Assembly (NCBI GenBank): GCA_034530615.2
Contig: JAVRCV020000028.1
Coordinates: 64,001-128,000 of the forward strand
DNA: 64,000 nt
Direction: 5' to 3'
Origin: Aulosira sp. ZfuVER01
GTDB taxonomy: Bacteria; Cyanobacteriota; Cyanobacteriia; Cyanobacteriales; Nostocaceae
Positions within the stretch are counted from its first letter, which is position 1. Every line of letters begins with the position of its first letter. The translations under genes were made by a program, and so were the position numbers. Shown here one piece after another: positions 51,481 to 61,530 of this stretch. Below the pieces are notes generated by a model. The model did not search any database and was not told where the DNA came from. It was given only the letters and a program-made list of their open reading frames with translations.

Positions 51481-53595
51481 GTGTCTAAACGTTCCTCGAA
51501 GCAGCTAAAGCAATCTGGCGCGAAAAAATCCAAACATCAACGACGCACTTACAAGCGTCTGATTAAAACTTTATTTAAGAACGCTCATGATGCGATCGCC
51601 CTGATTGACGATCGCGGATGTTTTGTAGATATGAATGTTGCTGCTTGTGATTTACTCGGCCTATCGCGTCAGAAACTCAAAGGGCAAGCTTTATCTACTT
51701 TCATCACTGCGGAGTTTGCTCGTCAATCTAACTCTCTTCGTTTTCCACCGGGACAATCATTGATCGGGGAACTGTTAGTTTCATCTCATGCCCAGAGCCA
51801 AAAAGAGGTGGAGTATACTTTAACACCTAACGTAATTCCCCACTGTCATCTGCTGCAATTACGAGACATTAGTCAGCGCCGGGAATCAATGCAGGCGGAA
51901 TTACGACAGCAACAGCAACGGGTAGAACTGTTTTCGGAAGTGACGCTAAAAATTCGCCAGTCGTTACAGCTCAAGGAAATTCTGCATACCACAGTCACGG
52001 AAGTACAACGAATTCTGCAAGCCGATCGCGTGTTAATTTATCACGTATTGCCGGATAGGACAGGAAAAACCATCAGCGAAGCCGTTTTACCCGATTATCC
52101 CGCACTAATGGATCTGGAATTTCCCCAAGAAGTCTTTCCCGAAGAGTATCAAAAACTTTATGCTCAGGGACGGGTAAGAGCGATCGCAAATGTACACGAT
52201 CCGGCGGCGGGTTTGGCAGATTGTTTGGTGGAATTTGTCGATCAATTCCAGATCAAAGCCAAATTAATTGTACCGATTGTCCAAAATCTCAATGCCAACT
52301 CCCAGAATCAGCTTTGGGGTTTGTTAATCGCCCACCAATGCAGCAAATATCGTCATTGGGTGGATTTTGAGTTGGAATTGATGCAACAACTGGCAGATCA
52401 AATCAGTATTGCTTTATCTCAAGCCCAACTATTGGAAAACTTAGAAGAAGTTGTTGCAGCCCGCACCGCAGAATTACAAGAAGAAATTAATGTGCGGATG
52501 CAGGCGGAAGCAGCGTTGCGGCAGAGTGAGGAGCAATTGCGCTTAATTACCAATGCCCTACCAGTACTGATCGCCTATGTGGACGATCGCCAACAATATC
52601 GCTTTAATAATCAAGCATATCAGGATTGGCTGGGGCAATCTCCTCAAGAAATTTACGGTTCCCACCTGCGTCAGGTTTGGGGAGAAGATTGTTATCAAAG
52701 GATGCAAGTGTATGTGAAAACAGCTTTATCTGGTCAAGCCGTAAACTATGAAAATGATATTGTTTTAAAAGATGGGAGTTGGCGATCGGTTGATGTCACT
52801 TACATCCCTGATGTAGATAACCAAAATGCGGTGAAGGGATTTTTCGCATTGAGTAGTGATATTAGCGATCGCAAAGCCATTGAACGGATGAAAGACGAAT
52901 TCATTTCTGTGATCAGCCATGAACTGCGGACTCCCTTAACTTCGTTGCACAGTGCCCTAAAAATCTTAGCTACAGGGCGATTGGGCAATCTCTCAGATGA
53001 AGGACAACAAATGCTAGGAATTGCCGATGATAGTACTGAACGGTTAGTACGTTTAGTCAACAACGTCCTCGATTTACAGCGTATTGAGTCTGGCAAAGTG
53101 ATCATGGAGTGCCAAGCCTGCAATGCTGCTAATTTGATGATCCAAGCATCAGAGGCAATGCAAGCAATGGCACAACAGCATGAAATAACTTTAGTTAAAC
53201 AACCACAAGATATCTCAGTGTGGGCAGATGCAGATTACATCTTGCAAGCTTTAACAAATTTACTTAGTAATGCCATCAAGTTTTCATCACCAGGGGGGAC
53301 TGTTTGGCTAACCGTCGAACAAGAAGAAAGCTTGCCAATCCCCACAGAAGTGGTGTTTCGAGTGCGAGACGAAGGACAAGGCATTCCTGCCGATCAACTC
53401 GAACGGATCTTTGAACGGTTTCAACAAGTAGATTCATCAGATTCCCGCAAAAAAGGTGGTACTGGTTTAGGGCTGACCATCTGTCGCAAAATTATTGAAC
53501 AACACAACGGCAGAATTTGGGCTGAGAGTACTCCAGGTTATGGAAGCACCTTTGCATTCACATTACCTACCCTTGACAGCGCCAATATCTCATGA
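51481..53595 (+). CDS. rcaE: Green/red cyanobacteriochrome sensor kinase RcaE
   Basis: PAS-like, GAF, PAS, HisKA/HATPase; GAF has E217, C248, L249 and K261 at the positions recalled for the RcaE chromophore Cys and protochromic triad. Confidence 0.92.
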   Translation: MSKRSSKQLKQSGAKKSKHQRRTYKRLIKTLFKNAHDAIALIDDRGCFVDMNVAACDLLGLSRQKLKGQALSTFITAEFARQSNSLRFPPGQSLIGELLVSSHAQSQKEVEYTLTPNVIPHCHLLQLRDISQRRESMQAELRQQQQRVELFSEVTLKIRQSLQLKEILHTTVTEVQRILQADRVLIYHVLPDRTGKTISEAVLPDYPALMDLEFPQEVFPEEYQKLYAQGRVRAIANVHDPAAGLADCLVEFVDQFQIKAKLIVPIVQNLNANSQNQLWGLLIAHQCSKYRHWVDFELELMQQLADQISIALSQAQLLENLEEVVAARTAELQEEINVRMQAEAALRQSEEQLRLITNALPVLIAYVDDRQQYRFNNQAYQDWLGQSPQEIYGSHLRQVWGEDCYQRMQVYVKTALSGQAVNYENDIVLKDGSWRSVDVTYIPDVDNQNAVKGFFALSSDISDRKAIERMKDEFISVISHELRTPLTSLHSALKILATGRLGNLSDEGQQMLGIADDSTERLVRLVNNVLDLQRIESGKVIMECQACNAANLMIQASEAMQAMAQQHEITLVKQPQDISVWADADYILQALTNLLSNAIKFSSPGGTVWLTVEQEESLPIPTEVVFRVRDEGQGIPADQLERIFERFQQVDSSDSRKKGGTGLGLTICRKIIEQHNGRIWAESTPGYGSTFAFTLPTLDSANIS

Positions 53596-53606
53596 GGGGG
53601 GGAGCT

Positions 53607-53981
53607 ATGCATACAAAGCGGATTTTAATTATTGATGACGAAGAAACCATTCAAACCGTTGTGCAATTTGGCATCAGAATGGCGGCGGGATGGGAAGTAT
53701 TCACTGCCAGTTCTGGTTTTGAAGGTATCCAAACTGCCCAAACTCAAAAACCCGATGTGATTTTGTTGGATGTGATGATGCCAGAAATGGATGGTATTGC
53801 TACCTTTAAAGAACTCCAGTCTCATTCCGAGACAGAACAAATTCCGGTGATTCTGTTAACTGCCAAAGCACAAACGGCAGAAAAGCGCCAGTTTAATGAT
53901 TTGGGAGTTAGTGGTGTAATTACCAAACCTTTTAACTCGCTGGATTTACCGGAGCAAATTACTAGAATTCTCCATTGGTAG
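53607..53981 (+). CDS. rcaF: Single-domain response regulator RcaF
   Basis: 124-aa CheY-like REC protein immediately downstream of rcaE. Confidence 0.88.
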   Translation: MHTKRILIIDDEETIQTVVQFGIRMAAGWEVFTASSGFEGIQTAQTQKPDVILLDVMMPEMDGIATFKELQSHSETEQIPVILLTAKAQTAEKRQFNDLGVSGVITKPFNSLDLPEQITRILHW

Positions 53982-53989
53982 CTGCATCG

Positions 53990-55933
53990 ATGAAAATCTT
54001 ACTTGTGGAAGATGATGACCTATTAATTAAAGTTCTGACCAAAAATTTAGCAACGCATCACTATATTGTAGATGTCGTGAAAGATGGGGAAATGGGGTGG
54101 ACTTATGGTTCCAGCTTTGAGTATGACCTGATTGTACTGGATATCATGTTGCCGAAGTTGGATGGTATCAGCTTATGCAAGCGTTTCCGGACACAAGGAT
54201 ACAGCCACCCAATTATGTTACTGACAGCGCAAGATAATATTACCGCCAAAGTACAGGGATTGGATGCAGGCGCAGATGATTATGTAGTCAAACCTTTCGA
54301 TCCCATAGAACTGATCGCCAGAATTCGGGCATTACTGAGGCGAGGAAGTAACAATCCTTTTCCCTTACTGACTTGGGGGGATTTGCTCCTCAACCCCAGT
54401 ACTTGTGAAGTTACCTATAATGGTCGCCCCCTGAACCTGACCACAATGGAATATGATTTGCTAGAAGTGCTGCTGCGGGACTGCCAGCACGTATTTAGCA
54501 CTGAAGAACTTCTAGATCGATTATGGTCTTCAGAAGATTTTCCTTCTGAGGCAACAGTACGTTCCCATATCCGGCGGGTGCGGCATAAGCTGGTAGCTGC
54601 GGGTGCTCCCCAGGATTTCATTGCTACCATGCACGGACGGGGCTACTACCTGAAAGCACCTAGCACGGAAGAATCGACTGTCTTATCTACAACACCTCCA
54701 GAGAATAATTCTCGGAGTTTCGCTGGTATAGCTGCGTCTAGAGAAATCGGAGGCGATTCCCCTCAATATCTGACTCCAGCCGACTCCCAACAACAATATC
54801 TAGCCTTCCTCAACGAGACTTGGACAACAACTAAACCGAAAAGTCTCGACCAGATGAGCATTTTGTTACAAATAGTCAGAGACTTACAAACCAATAAACT
54901 CACACCTCAAAAACAAGCACAGGCGCAAGAAATTGCTCACAAACTAGCGGGGACGCTGGGAATCTTTGGGCTAACCAAGACAATGCACATTGCCCGGCAA
55001 TTAGAGTATTGGTTGGGAGGTAGAGAGCCACTGCAACCGAAACACGCGCCATTGATGAAAACTCTGGTAACGGCTCTCCAGCAAGACATTGATGATACCA
55101 CACTGATCCAGTTGTCCCAAATTCCCAATGGGCAGTCACCGCTGTTGCTCATCGTCAGTTCGGATACTGAGTTCAACTCTTCCGTAGTAACTGTAGCAGC
55201 AAGTCGGGGAATTCGCATTGAGATTATTCCGGCACCAGATGTAGCTCAAGCCTTACTCACAAACGAGTCTGTCCTTGATGGTTTAGGTCAAGATCCTGAT
55301 GTCATCCTGATGCGGTTGCCTGCAATTGTATCGGAATTGCCTACTCCGCAACTAAGTAACTTTTGGGAGACATTGCAGACATTCGCACACCGTTACCCTG
55401 ACTTACCAATTGTGGTAATGAGCGATCGCGGTGAATTGAGCGATCGCTTGGAGGCGATGCGGCGGGGTGGAAAACTGTTTCTTGCAGGGCCGACTCCAGC
55501 GGAGCAAGTGATTGATGCTGTAGTCAATTTGTTACGAGGGCCAGAGACGCCCAACAAGGTGATGATTCTCGATGACGATCAAGATTGGTTACGCACTCTC
55601 CCCACCCTGCTGAAACCTTGGGGATTTAAGGTAACAACCCTTGCCGATCCGCAACAATTTTGGACGGTATTGCAAGCAGTCACCCCAGATGTCTTAGTGT
55701 TAGATGTAAATATGCCACAAATCAATGGATTTGAACTTTGCCAGATTCTCCGTAGTGACCCTTATTGGCAGCGGTTGCCAGTATTATTTCTCAGTGTGCT
55801 AACAGGCTCCGAAATCGCAAATCAAGCTTTTACCGTCGGTGCGGATGATTATCTGTGTAAGCCTGTTAAAGGAGTTGAACTGGCTAACCGGATTCTGCGG
55901 CGATTACAAAGAGTCAAAGCATGGGCGAGTTGA
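53990..55933 (+). CDS. rcaC: Multi-domain response regulator RcaC (REC-OmpR wHTH-HPt-REC-REC)
   Basis: OmpR-type N-terminus, HPt AHKLAGTLG, C-terminal receivers; follows rcaEF. Confidence 0.88.
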   Translation: MKILLVEDDDLLIKVLTKNLATHHYIVDVVKDGEMGWTYGSSFEYDLIVLDIMLPKLDGISLCKRFRTQGYSHPIMLLTAQDNITAKVQGLDAGADDYVVKPFDPIELIARIRALLRRGSNNPFPLLTWGDLLLNPSTCEVTYNGRPLNLTTMEYDLLEVLLRDCQHVFSTEELLDRLWSSEDFPSEATVRSHIRRVRHKLVAAGAPQDFIATMHGRGYYLKAPSTEESTVLSTTPPENNSRSFAGIAASREIGGDSPQYLTPADSQQQYLAFLNETWTTTKPKSLDQMSILLQIVRDLQTNKLTPQKQAQAQEIAHKLAGTLGIFGLTKTMHIARQLEYWLGGREPLQPKHAPLMKTLVTALQQDIDDTTLIQLSQIPNGQSPLLLIVSSDTEFNSSVVTVAASRGIRIEIIPAPDVAQALLTNESVLDGLGQDPDVILMRLPAIVSELPTPQLSNFWETLQTFAHRYPDLPIVVMSDRGELSDRLEAMRRGGKLFLAGPTPAEQVIDAVVNLLRGPETPNKVMILDDDQDWLRTLPTLLKPWGFKVTTLADPQQFWTVLQAVTPDVLVLDVNMPQINGFELCQILRSDPYWQRLPVLFLSVLTGSEIANQAFTVGADDYLCKPVKGVELANRILRRLQRVKAWAS

Positions 55934-55987
55934 TTCATTTGTCATTTGTCCCCATCCCCAATTTTCTATCTTCAAAGCACACTTATT

Positions 55988-56632
55988 ATGGTCGCAACCG
56001 CACCCCTGGCAGAAACAAGAACTTTACTGAAAAACATCAGTTGGCAGACATTCAAACTCATGCTGGCTGAGATGGGAAGCGAGCGTCAATCTCGACTCGC
56101 TTACAATAATCAAATACTAGAAATTATGACCCCACTAATGCCACACGAAAACTCCAACCGCATGATTGAAGGTTTTATTGTGGTGTTATTAGAAGAATGC
56201 GATCGCGAGTTTAGACGTTCTGGCTCATTGACTTTGACACGAGATGATTTAGAAAGTGGGGGAGAGCCAGATAGTAGCTACTACATTGATAATGAATTAT
56301 TGGTTAGAGATAAAGACAATATTGACCTAGGAATTGATCCACCACCAGACTTGGTGCTAGAAGTGGAATACTCTCGTCCAGCTATCGATAAGTTGCGCCT
56401 TTACGCTGCACTTGGTATCCCCGAATTTTGGCGCTACAACGGTAGCGTATTGCGAATTTACACACTCAGAGATAGGCAATACATAGAAATCCAGGCTAGC
56501 CCTACTTTTGCTCTAGTGCCAGTTAAAGAAATTCCCCGGTTTATTCAAGAAGCTAGAAAAAATGGAGAAAATAAAACTACTTGTGCTTTTCGCGCTTGGG
56601 TAAGACAGCATTTGTCAGCCACACAACAGTAG
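55988..56632 (+). CDS. Uma2 family PD-(D/E)XK endonuclease
   Basis: EPDSSYY, PPDLVLEVE and YAALGIPEFW motifs. Confidence 0.9.
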   Translation: MVATAPLAETRTLLKNISWQTFKLMLAEMGSERQSRLAYNNQILEIMTPLMPHENSNRMIEGFIVVLLEECDREFRRSGSLTLTRDDLESGGEPDSSYYIDNELLVRDKDNIDLGIDPPPDLVLEVEYSRPAIDKLRLYAALGIPEFWRYNGSVLRIYTLRDRQYIEIQASPTFALVPVKEIPRFIQEARKNGENKTTCAFRAWVRQHLSATQQ

Positions 56633-56653
56633 CCTATGCCCCATCCCTCCAGA

Positions 56654-56671
56654 ATGCACACATTTTGCACG
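56654..56671 (+). promoter_or_regulatory. L-box (RcaC-binding direct repeat) upstream of pcyA
   Basis: ATGCACA-catt-TTGCACG versus consensus TTGCACA-N4-TTGCACA. Confidence 0.75.
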
Positions 56672-56718
56672 AACTATCCGTCAAGGTAAGTATTAATCCT
56701 ATACTCAAAGAGAAGCGT

Positions 56719-57459
56719 ATGTTGAAGTCTATGCAAGCGTCATTAAGAAGCCGTCAGCATCCACTAATCCACAGGTTGGCGGATTCCATTGAAGAAATTT
56801 GGCAAAAGCACCTTGATATCTCCCCTTACTCTGTCCCAGAAGGTTTAGGCTACGTCGAGGGACACCTAGAAGGCGAACGACTGATCATTGAAAATCATTG
56901 CTACCAAGCTCCGCAATTTCGCAAATTGCATTTAGAATTGGCTCAGGTTGGTAATGGATTAGATATTCTCCACTGTGTGATGTTCCCCAACCCCGAATAT
57001 GCCATACCGATTTTTGGTACAGATTTGGTTGGCGGGCGAGGTGGAATTAGTGCAGCGATCGCTGATTTATCTCCAATTAGTAGCGATCGCAAGCTACCAG
57101 AACGCTATTATCAAAAATTATCTGTTTTATCTGAGCTGGAGTTTTCCCAACCACGGACTTTACCAGAATGGGGCGATATTTTTTCGGAATTTTGTCTATT
57201 TGTCCGCCCAGGAGACTCGCAAGAAGAAGATAAATTTCTCAATCGAGTTCGGGAATTTTTAACCATTCATTGTCAAATTGCTAGTCAACAGACACCCCTA
57301 ACATCAAATCTTGACATCTCCAAGGTTCTGGCAGGACAACGAAATTACTGTACAAAGCAGCAACAGAATGATAAAACTCGGCGAGTTCTAGAGAAATCAT
57401 TTGGTACTGAGTGGGCAGATCGCTACATGACTACTATGCTCTTTGACTATGTAGCTTGA
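56719..57459 (+). CDS. pcyA: Phycocyanobilin:ferredoxin oxidoreductase
   Basis: FRKLHLELA, LDILHCVMFP, AAIADLSP and QQQNDKTRRVLEK motifs; ATG 56719. Confidence 0.96.
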   Translation: MLKSMQASLRSRQHPLIHRLADSIEEIWQKHLDISPYSVPEGLGYVEGHLEGERLIIENHCYQAPQFRKLHLELAQVGNGLDILHCVMFPNPEYAIPIFGTDLVGGRGGISAAIADLSPISSDRKLPERYYQKLSVLSELEFSQPRTLPEWGDIFSEFCLFVRPGDSQEEDKFLNRVREFLTIHCQIASQQTPLTSNLDISKVLAGQRNYCTKQQQNDKTRRVLEKSFGTEWADRYMTTMLFDYVA

Positions 57460-57648
57460 AAATTCCACTGAATATAGCTCTCAAGCGAAGCGCGGGGATA
57501 ATGTAAAACGGCGATGTCATGTCATAGACAAGCCCCTCCGCGTCTACGCATTTCCATTGCTCTAAAAACTCTTCACATATTTGGACACCCAGGCATATTA
57601 TCTCTCAGTAGCAACCGTGCCAGACTGGGTAAAGCTTCACCTTCTAAT

Positions 57649-57850
57649 ATGACTCATATCGCTGACCGCGAAAGATTTACGACTGTACCAAATCGAGAAA
57701 ATCACGTGTTGGTCAGAGCGCGCATTGACCGTCGCTTGGTGGGAAAGACTCAATCGCTGTATACGTATTTAAACACTCAGCCTAGCGAGGGAACTTACAG
57801 CGTGGATGTGCCAGCAGATCCACGTATTGGTAGAACCACAACAGAAGCAA
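57649..57850 (+). pseudogene. IS4/Tn5-like transposase internal fragment
   Basis: THIADRE...HVLVRARIDRRL...YSVDVPADPRIGR resembles the IS4-family catalytic region. Confidence 0.5.
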
Positions 57851-58041
57851 ACTCCATGTTGCCAGCCCTATTGCTTGCGCTATCGATAGATGAGGCATGT
57901 GTTCTGACACTATACAAGACCATTGCTTGAGATACTTATTTTTCAGCATCTCATGCAGCCTACCTACGCTGGTGCTACATTTTATTTTCTTATTTTTGTT
58001 GATGAACACTCACTCCTATGTAATAAACCTACACCTGTCAG
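57851..58041 (-). mobile_element. Left end and N-terminal fragment of a second cyanobacterial IS transposase
   Basis: MLKNKYLKQWSCIVSEHMPHLSIAQAIGLATWS resembles recalled cyanobacterial transposase N-termini; possible terminal IR CTGACAGGTGTAGGTTT. Confidence 0.45.
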
Positions 58042-58160
58042 AATTCCCACGGCAGTTCCTTCAAGTCGGCAAAGCCGCCCAACGGACTGCCTCCCAGCTG
58101 AAGCAACTGGCTTGGCAGAAGGGAGACAAAGAGAACAAATGACAAATGCTCAAAGCCCCA

Positions 58161-58910
58161 TTAGCTGATAGCTGATGCCAGCTTTCTCTCCAAATCGAAC
58201 AAAAAGCCGTGGATATATTCTTCTGTCCACTCAGCACCGTAAAAACGGGTGAACATTCCTCGTGCCGGGTCTTTTTCAGCCCGGTAGTGCAGATAGCGCA
58301 GTTGAGCTTCTTTAATCTCTGCTAAATACTGGGGGTCGGTTACGGGTTCTGCCTGGTCAACAAAATCTAGGTATGCTTGGAGATATTCCTGAAAGGCTGC
58401 AAAAACATGGGTTTCCACATCCTCCGTTTGCTGGGGTCGCGTCCAAAGAAACGCAGGTGAGAAAAAGGGTTGGGCTTCTTCGGGGAAGTCGCCACCCCAA
58501 GGCAAGTATTGCTGATATGCCTGAAAAATTGGCAGGATGGGCTGGGTATACTTCGCCTGATACGCCGGATCGTTCCGAAATAGGGGTTGCATATCCAGGG
58601 CAATCAAGTGCCCTCCCGGTAAGGTGACTAAATCTGCTCCAAAAAAAGGTAGATCGTAGTTCAGGTGGGGGAAAATCACGAAATTTAACACCTGAAGCGA
58701 CTTTCCACCCTGTACATGGGCGGCGCGGATTTGCCGTAGCTTGGGAGTTTGATAGGCGTAACTGGTGGTTAAAACTTCTTCCTGATGTTTGCCTTTGCCT
58801 ACCGTTGCTTGCTTCGATTCAAAGCCGGCGGGAATGGGATAAGGCTGTAAATTCAAACGTTCCTGCAAAAGCGCGATCGCGTAATCTAAAAATGGCTGAT
58901 AGAGGGTCAC
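58161..58910 (-). CDS. pebB: Phycoerythrobilin:ferredoxin oxidoreductase
   Basis: [19 protein letters not shown] and [12 protein letters not shown] motifs; GTG start at 58910 (MTLYQPFL) preferred. Confidence 0.95.
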   Translation of the reverse strand: MTLYQPFLDYAIALLQERLNLQPYPIPAGFESKQATVGKGKHQEEVLTTSYAYQTPKLRQIRAAHVQGGKSLQVLNFVIFPHLNYDLPFFGADLVTLPGGHLIALDMQPLFRNDPAYQAKYTQPILPIFQAYQQYLPWGGDFPEEAQPFFSPAFLWTRPQQTEDVETHVFAAFQEYLQAYLDFVDQAEPVTDPQYLAEIKEAQLRYLHYRAEKDPARGMFTRFYGAEWTEEYIHGFLFDLERKLASAIS

Positions 58911-59040
58911 GTCGCTTCGCTCCGAATTCAAAATTTTCTCTTGGAAAGTTCTGAGCGGAGGAAACCTCCGCTCAGACTTTCCGCAAAATTCAAAATTAAC
59001 AATCCCCAGATTTTGAATCGCACCATGCTGCATTGGCGTA

Positions 59041-59144
59041 ATACCAATTCACAAAAATTCTCATACAGATAGATTTTTCGTAGGGGTTTAGCATTGCTAA
59101 ACCCTCCACCACGTATTTGGATCATTTTTAAAGTGAAATGGTAT
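59041..59144. mobile_element. MITE-like element carrying a REP-like hairpin, between pebA and pebB
   Basis: IRs ATACCAATTCAC / GTGAAATGGTAT enclosing GTAGGGGTTTAGCA-t-TGCTAAACCCT; same design as the 5500-5809 outer element. Confidence 0.6.
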
Positions 59145-59222
59145 CAGCCTTCCCGTAAGGTGTGCAGTATGGCGGTCTGAGGCTTGTATCCTTGATTCTG
59201 TGTTGGTTCTGGTAACTTTAAA

Positions 59223-59957
59223 TTACTTTCTGGTCGCTTTGGTTGCTAATGGCAAAGCATCTTCAAACAAAAATTCATGCAAAAATCGCTCTGACCATTC
59301 ATGCCCAAAATAGCTACTGAATAAACCAGAAGCAGGGTCACGGTCGGCACTGTATTGATCGTAATCTTTTTGGGCTTTGACAATCCGTTGAATGTCTGAC
59401 TGATCGTTGAGAGGTTTGGCTTGGTCGAGCATCTGCCAGTACAAATTTAAATAATCTTTGAATGCTTCAAAAACCCGCGTTTTCACAGTTTCAGCATCGG
59501 TTTTGGCGAACAACAGATATTTTGAGAAGTATTGGTTAGCGTCGTAAAATTTCATTTCCAGGTCTTGCGCCAAGTCTGGATACTTATCATGCAATGTCTG
59601 CAACGGGTAGATGTACTTTTTCAGGTAAGCTTCATCCTGAAATAACGGCTGGAAATCCATGACAATCAGGTTTTTCACCTGACCGAAAGTCAGAAAGTCT
59701 ATACCGAGTAAGGGCAACTCATAGTCGTGACTAGGATAAATCACACTATTAAAGATCTGGGCACTTGCACCTGCATCTATATAGGTGTAACGAATTTTCC
59801 GAAACTCAGGACATTCATAGCACCAGCTTTGAATTGTGGCAGGATTTCTCCCGCGATCGCTCACCTGATACTCCAGTCCTGGCGGAATGGGGCGACTCTT
59901 TAATGTAAACCGTTGCAAAAGCGATTGTTCCAGATGCTCAAGGAAGCACTTATACAT
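59223..59957 (-). CDS. pebA: 15,16-dihydrobiliverdin:ferredoxin oxidoreductase
   Basis: RKIRYTYIDAG, LLGIDFL, MDFQPL and YDQYSADRDPA motifs. Confidence 0.96.
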   Translation of the reverse strand: MYKCFLEHLEQSLLQRFTLKSRPIPPGLEYQVSDRGRNPATIQSWCYECPEFRKIRYTYIDAGASAQIFNSVIYPSHDYELPLLGIDFLTFGQVKNLIVMDFQPLFQDEAYLKKYIYPLQTLHDKYPDLAQDLEMKFYDANQYFSKYLLFAKTDAETVKTRVFEAFKDYLNLYWQMLDQAKPLNDQSDIQRIVKAQKDYDQYSADRDPASGLFSSYFGHEWSERFLHEFLFEDALPLATKATRK

Positions 59958-60037
59958 AAAAATTTATAGACTCATCTGCCTTGAGTTCTGAGGATACGGG
60001 ATTCCTGAACACTCCGTCTCGAATATGTTAAACAAAG

Positions 60038-60053
60038 TAACGATCCTTAACGT
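60038..60053 (-). promoter_or_regulatory. N-box-like hexamer direct repeat upstream of pebAB
   Basis: Minus strand ACGTTA-AGGA-TCGTTA, similar to the TTGTTA-N4-TTGTTA repeat recalled from the cpeBA promoter. Confidence 0.55.
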
Positions 60054-60394
60054 TATCATTATGTGATGCCTCAATGCCTGCTGATTGCGATCGCCAGAAT
60101 TCTTGCCTAGAAGCAACAGCACGTCTTTACAGATTATGAGCGACCAGAAAAATCATGCGAGGAAGTCACGTTGAGCTTGACGTTTTGCTTTCTGCGCTTG
60201 CAGCTTTTCCCAAGCAACCGCCAGATCTAGTTTCTGTTGACGTTTAAAATTTGAAAATCCTATTTTTTGTCTCTAAACTATCATCAACTATGCCAAACTC
60301 TTATTTTTACGTTGATTGAGGACATATAGACCGCATTGAAAACCCTTGTACAGAATGGTTATAACTCTTCGGACAAGTCTACTAACATAATTTA

Positions 60395-60784
60395 TCAAGA
60401 TTGCTGCTGGCGCGGGGGTACAAATTTCCAATCACTGATGATATCTTCGCATTCTTTGTAGGTGTCGATTAGCTCTTGCTCAGACGACAGCCCTCCCAAA
60501 AACCTCATCAAACCAACGTTGAGATGTCTGGTAGCACGACGAAAGTTATTTGCTTTTTCGCCAAGATTGATTGAGTTCACAACTCCAAATGATAATGCGC
60601 TAATAAAAGCAAAGATGCGTGTGTAAAAGTCTCCTAGCTCATGTGTAAAGGTCGCAACGATAAGTGATGAGCTGATCGCTAATATCCCTAAAGAAATATG
60701 AGCAAATTGTAAGCAATTAGCCCCCAAATTCCAGGTACGTTGATATCTTTGCATCCTTAAAAGCAGATCTTTGTTATTACTCAT
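60395..60784 (-). CDS. Two-TM small protein, SLATT/DUF4231-like
   Basis: N-terminal helix, two hydrophobic TMs, then helical ...NNFRRA..L tail. Confidence 0.5.
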   Translation of the reverse strand: MSNNKDLLLRMQRYQRTWNLGANCLQFAHISLGILAISSSLIVATFTHELGDFYTRIFAFISALSFGVVNSINLGEKANNFRRATRHLNVGLMRFLGGLSSEQELIDTYKECEDIISDWKFVPPRQQQS

Positions 60785-60907
60785 ATTTTATTATTGCCAA
60801 CAGATAAATGAAGTCTGCCCATATATAGATACCAGCCATCCTAGCTGATGATATCGCTGATAGACTATATCAACTCAGCACTAATAAACTAATCCGATTA
60901 ATATTGA

Positions 60908-61477
60908 TTACACAATCACCTTTAACCACCCAAAAATCTCAGCTACGGTCAACTCTAACCCACAGCAGAAATCTGGCACTGGCAAAATACCATCACTATC
61001 TTCAAAAGGTAAAGGTTGTCGTCCCGCAGGATAAGCAGCAATGAATCGCTCATCAGGGTCAATTAACCAACCCATTTGAGTTCCGTGGTTGAGAGCGTGT
61101 AAGATTTTTTTTGTAACTTTTGTATGGCTTTGTTCTGGAGAAAGAATTTCGATTATCCAGTCGGGTGCTAAAGTAAATGTGTTGGCAATATCACCATTTC
61201 CGTCTACAGGAAGCCTTGCCCAAGAAAATACAGCAACATCGGGAACTATAGAACGTCCGCCAAAAGTGCAACGTAATTCTGGAAAAGCCCAACCCGTTTT
61301 TTGTACTTTTACAACAGAATTGATTGTGGGACAGAGTTGTCCTTGAATAGTGCTATGTTTTCCTTGAGGCATGGGTTTTTGAATGATTTGACCATCGATA
61401 TACTCGCTATATGGCTTAGTTTCTGGTAGTGAGAGAAACTCTTCTAAGGTCAGTATTTTATTTGGTACTTGTATCAT
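60908..61477 (-). CDS. Uma2 family endonuclease
   Basis: LEEFL.LPETKP, PELRCTF, VPDVAV and PDWIIEILSP motifs. Confidence 0.92.
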   Translation of the reverse strand: MIQVPNKILTLEEFLSLPETKPYSEYIDGQIIQKPMPQGKHSTIQGQLCPTINSVVKVQKTGWAFPELRCTFGGRSIVPDVAVFSWARLPVDGNGDIANTFTLAPDWIIEILSPEQSHTKVTKKILHALNHGTQMGWLIDPDERFIAAYPAGRQPLPFEDSDGILPVPDFCCGLELTVAEIFGWLKVIV

Positions 61478-61530
61478 TTTTATCCTAGCCTCGACGTATG
61501 AGATTTTTTTTACATAATTTCAGTCATAGG

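Noticed and set aside
60153..60275. Short minus-strand frame ...FKRQQKLDLAVAWEKLQAQK...
   Set aside because: No start codon and no family recognised; may be a gene remnant but cannot be supported
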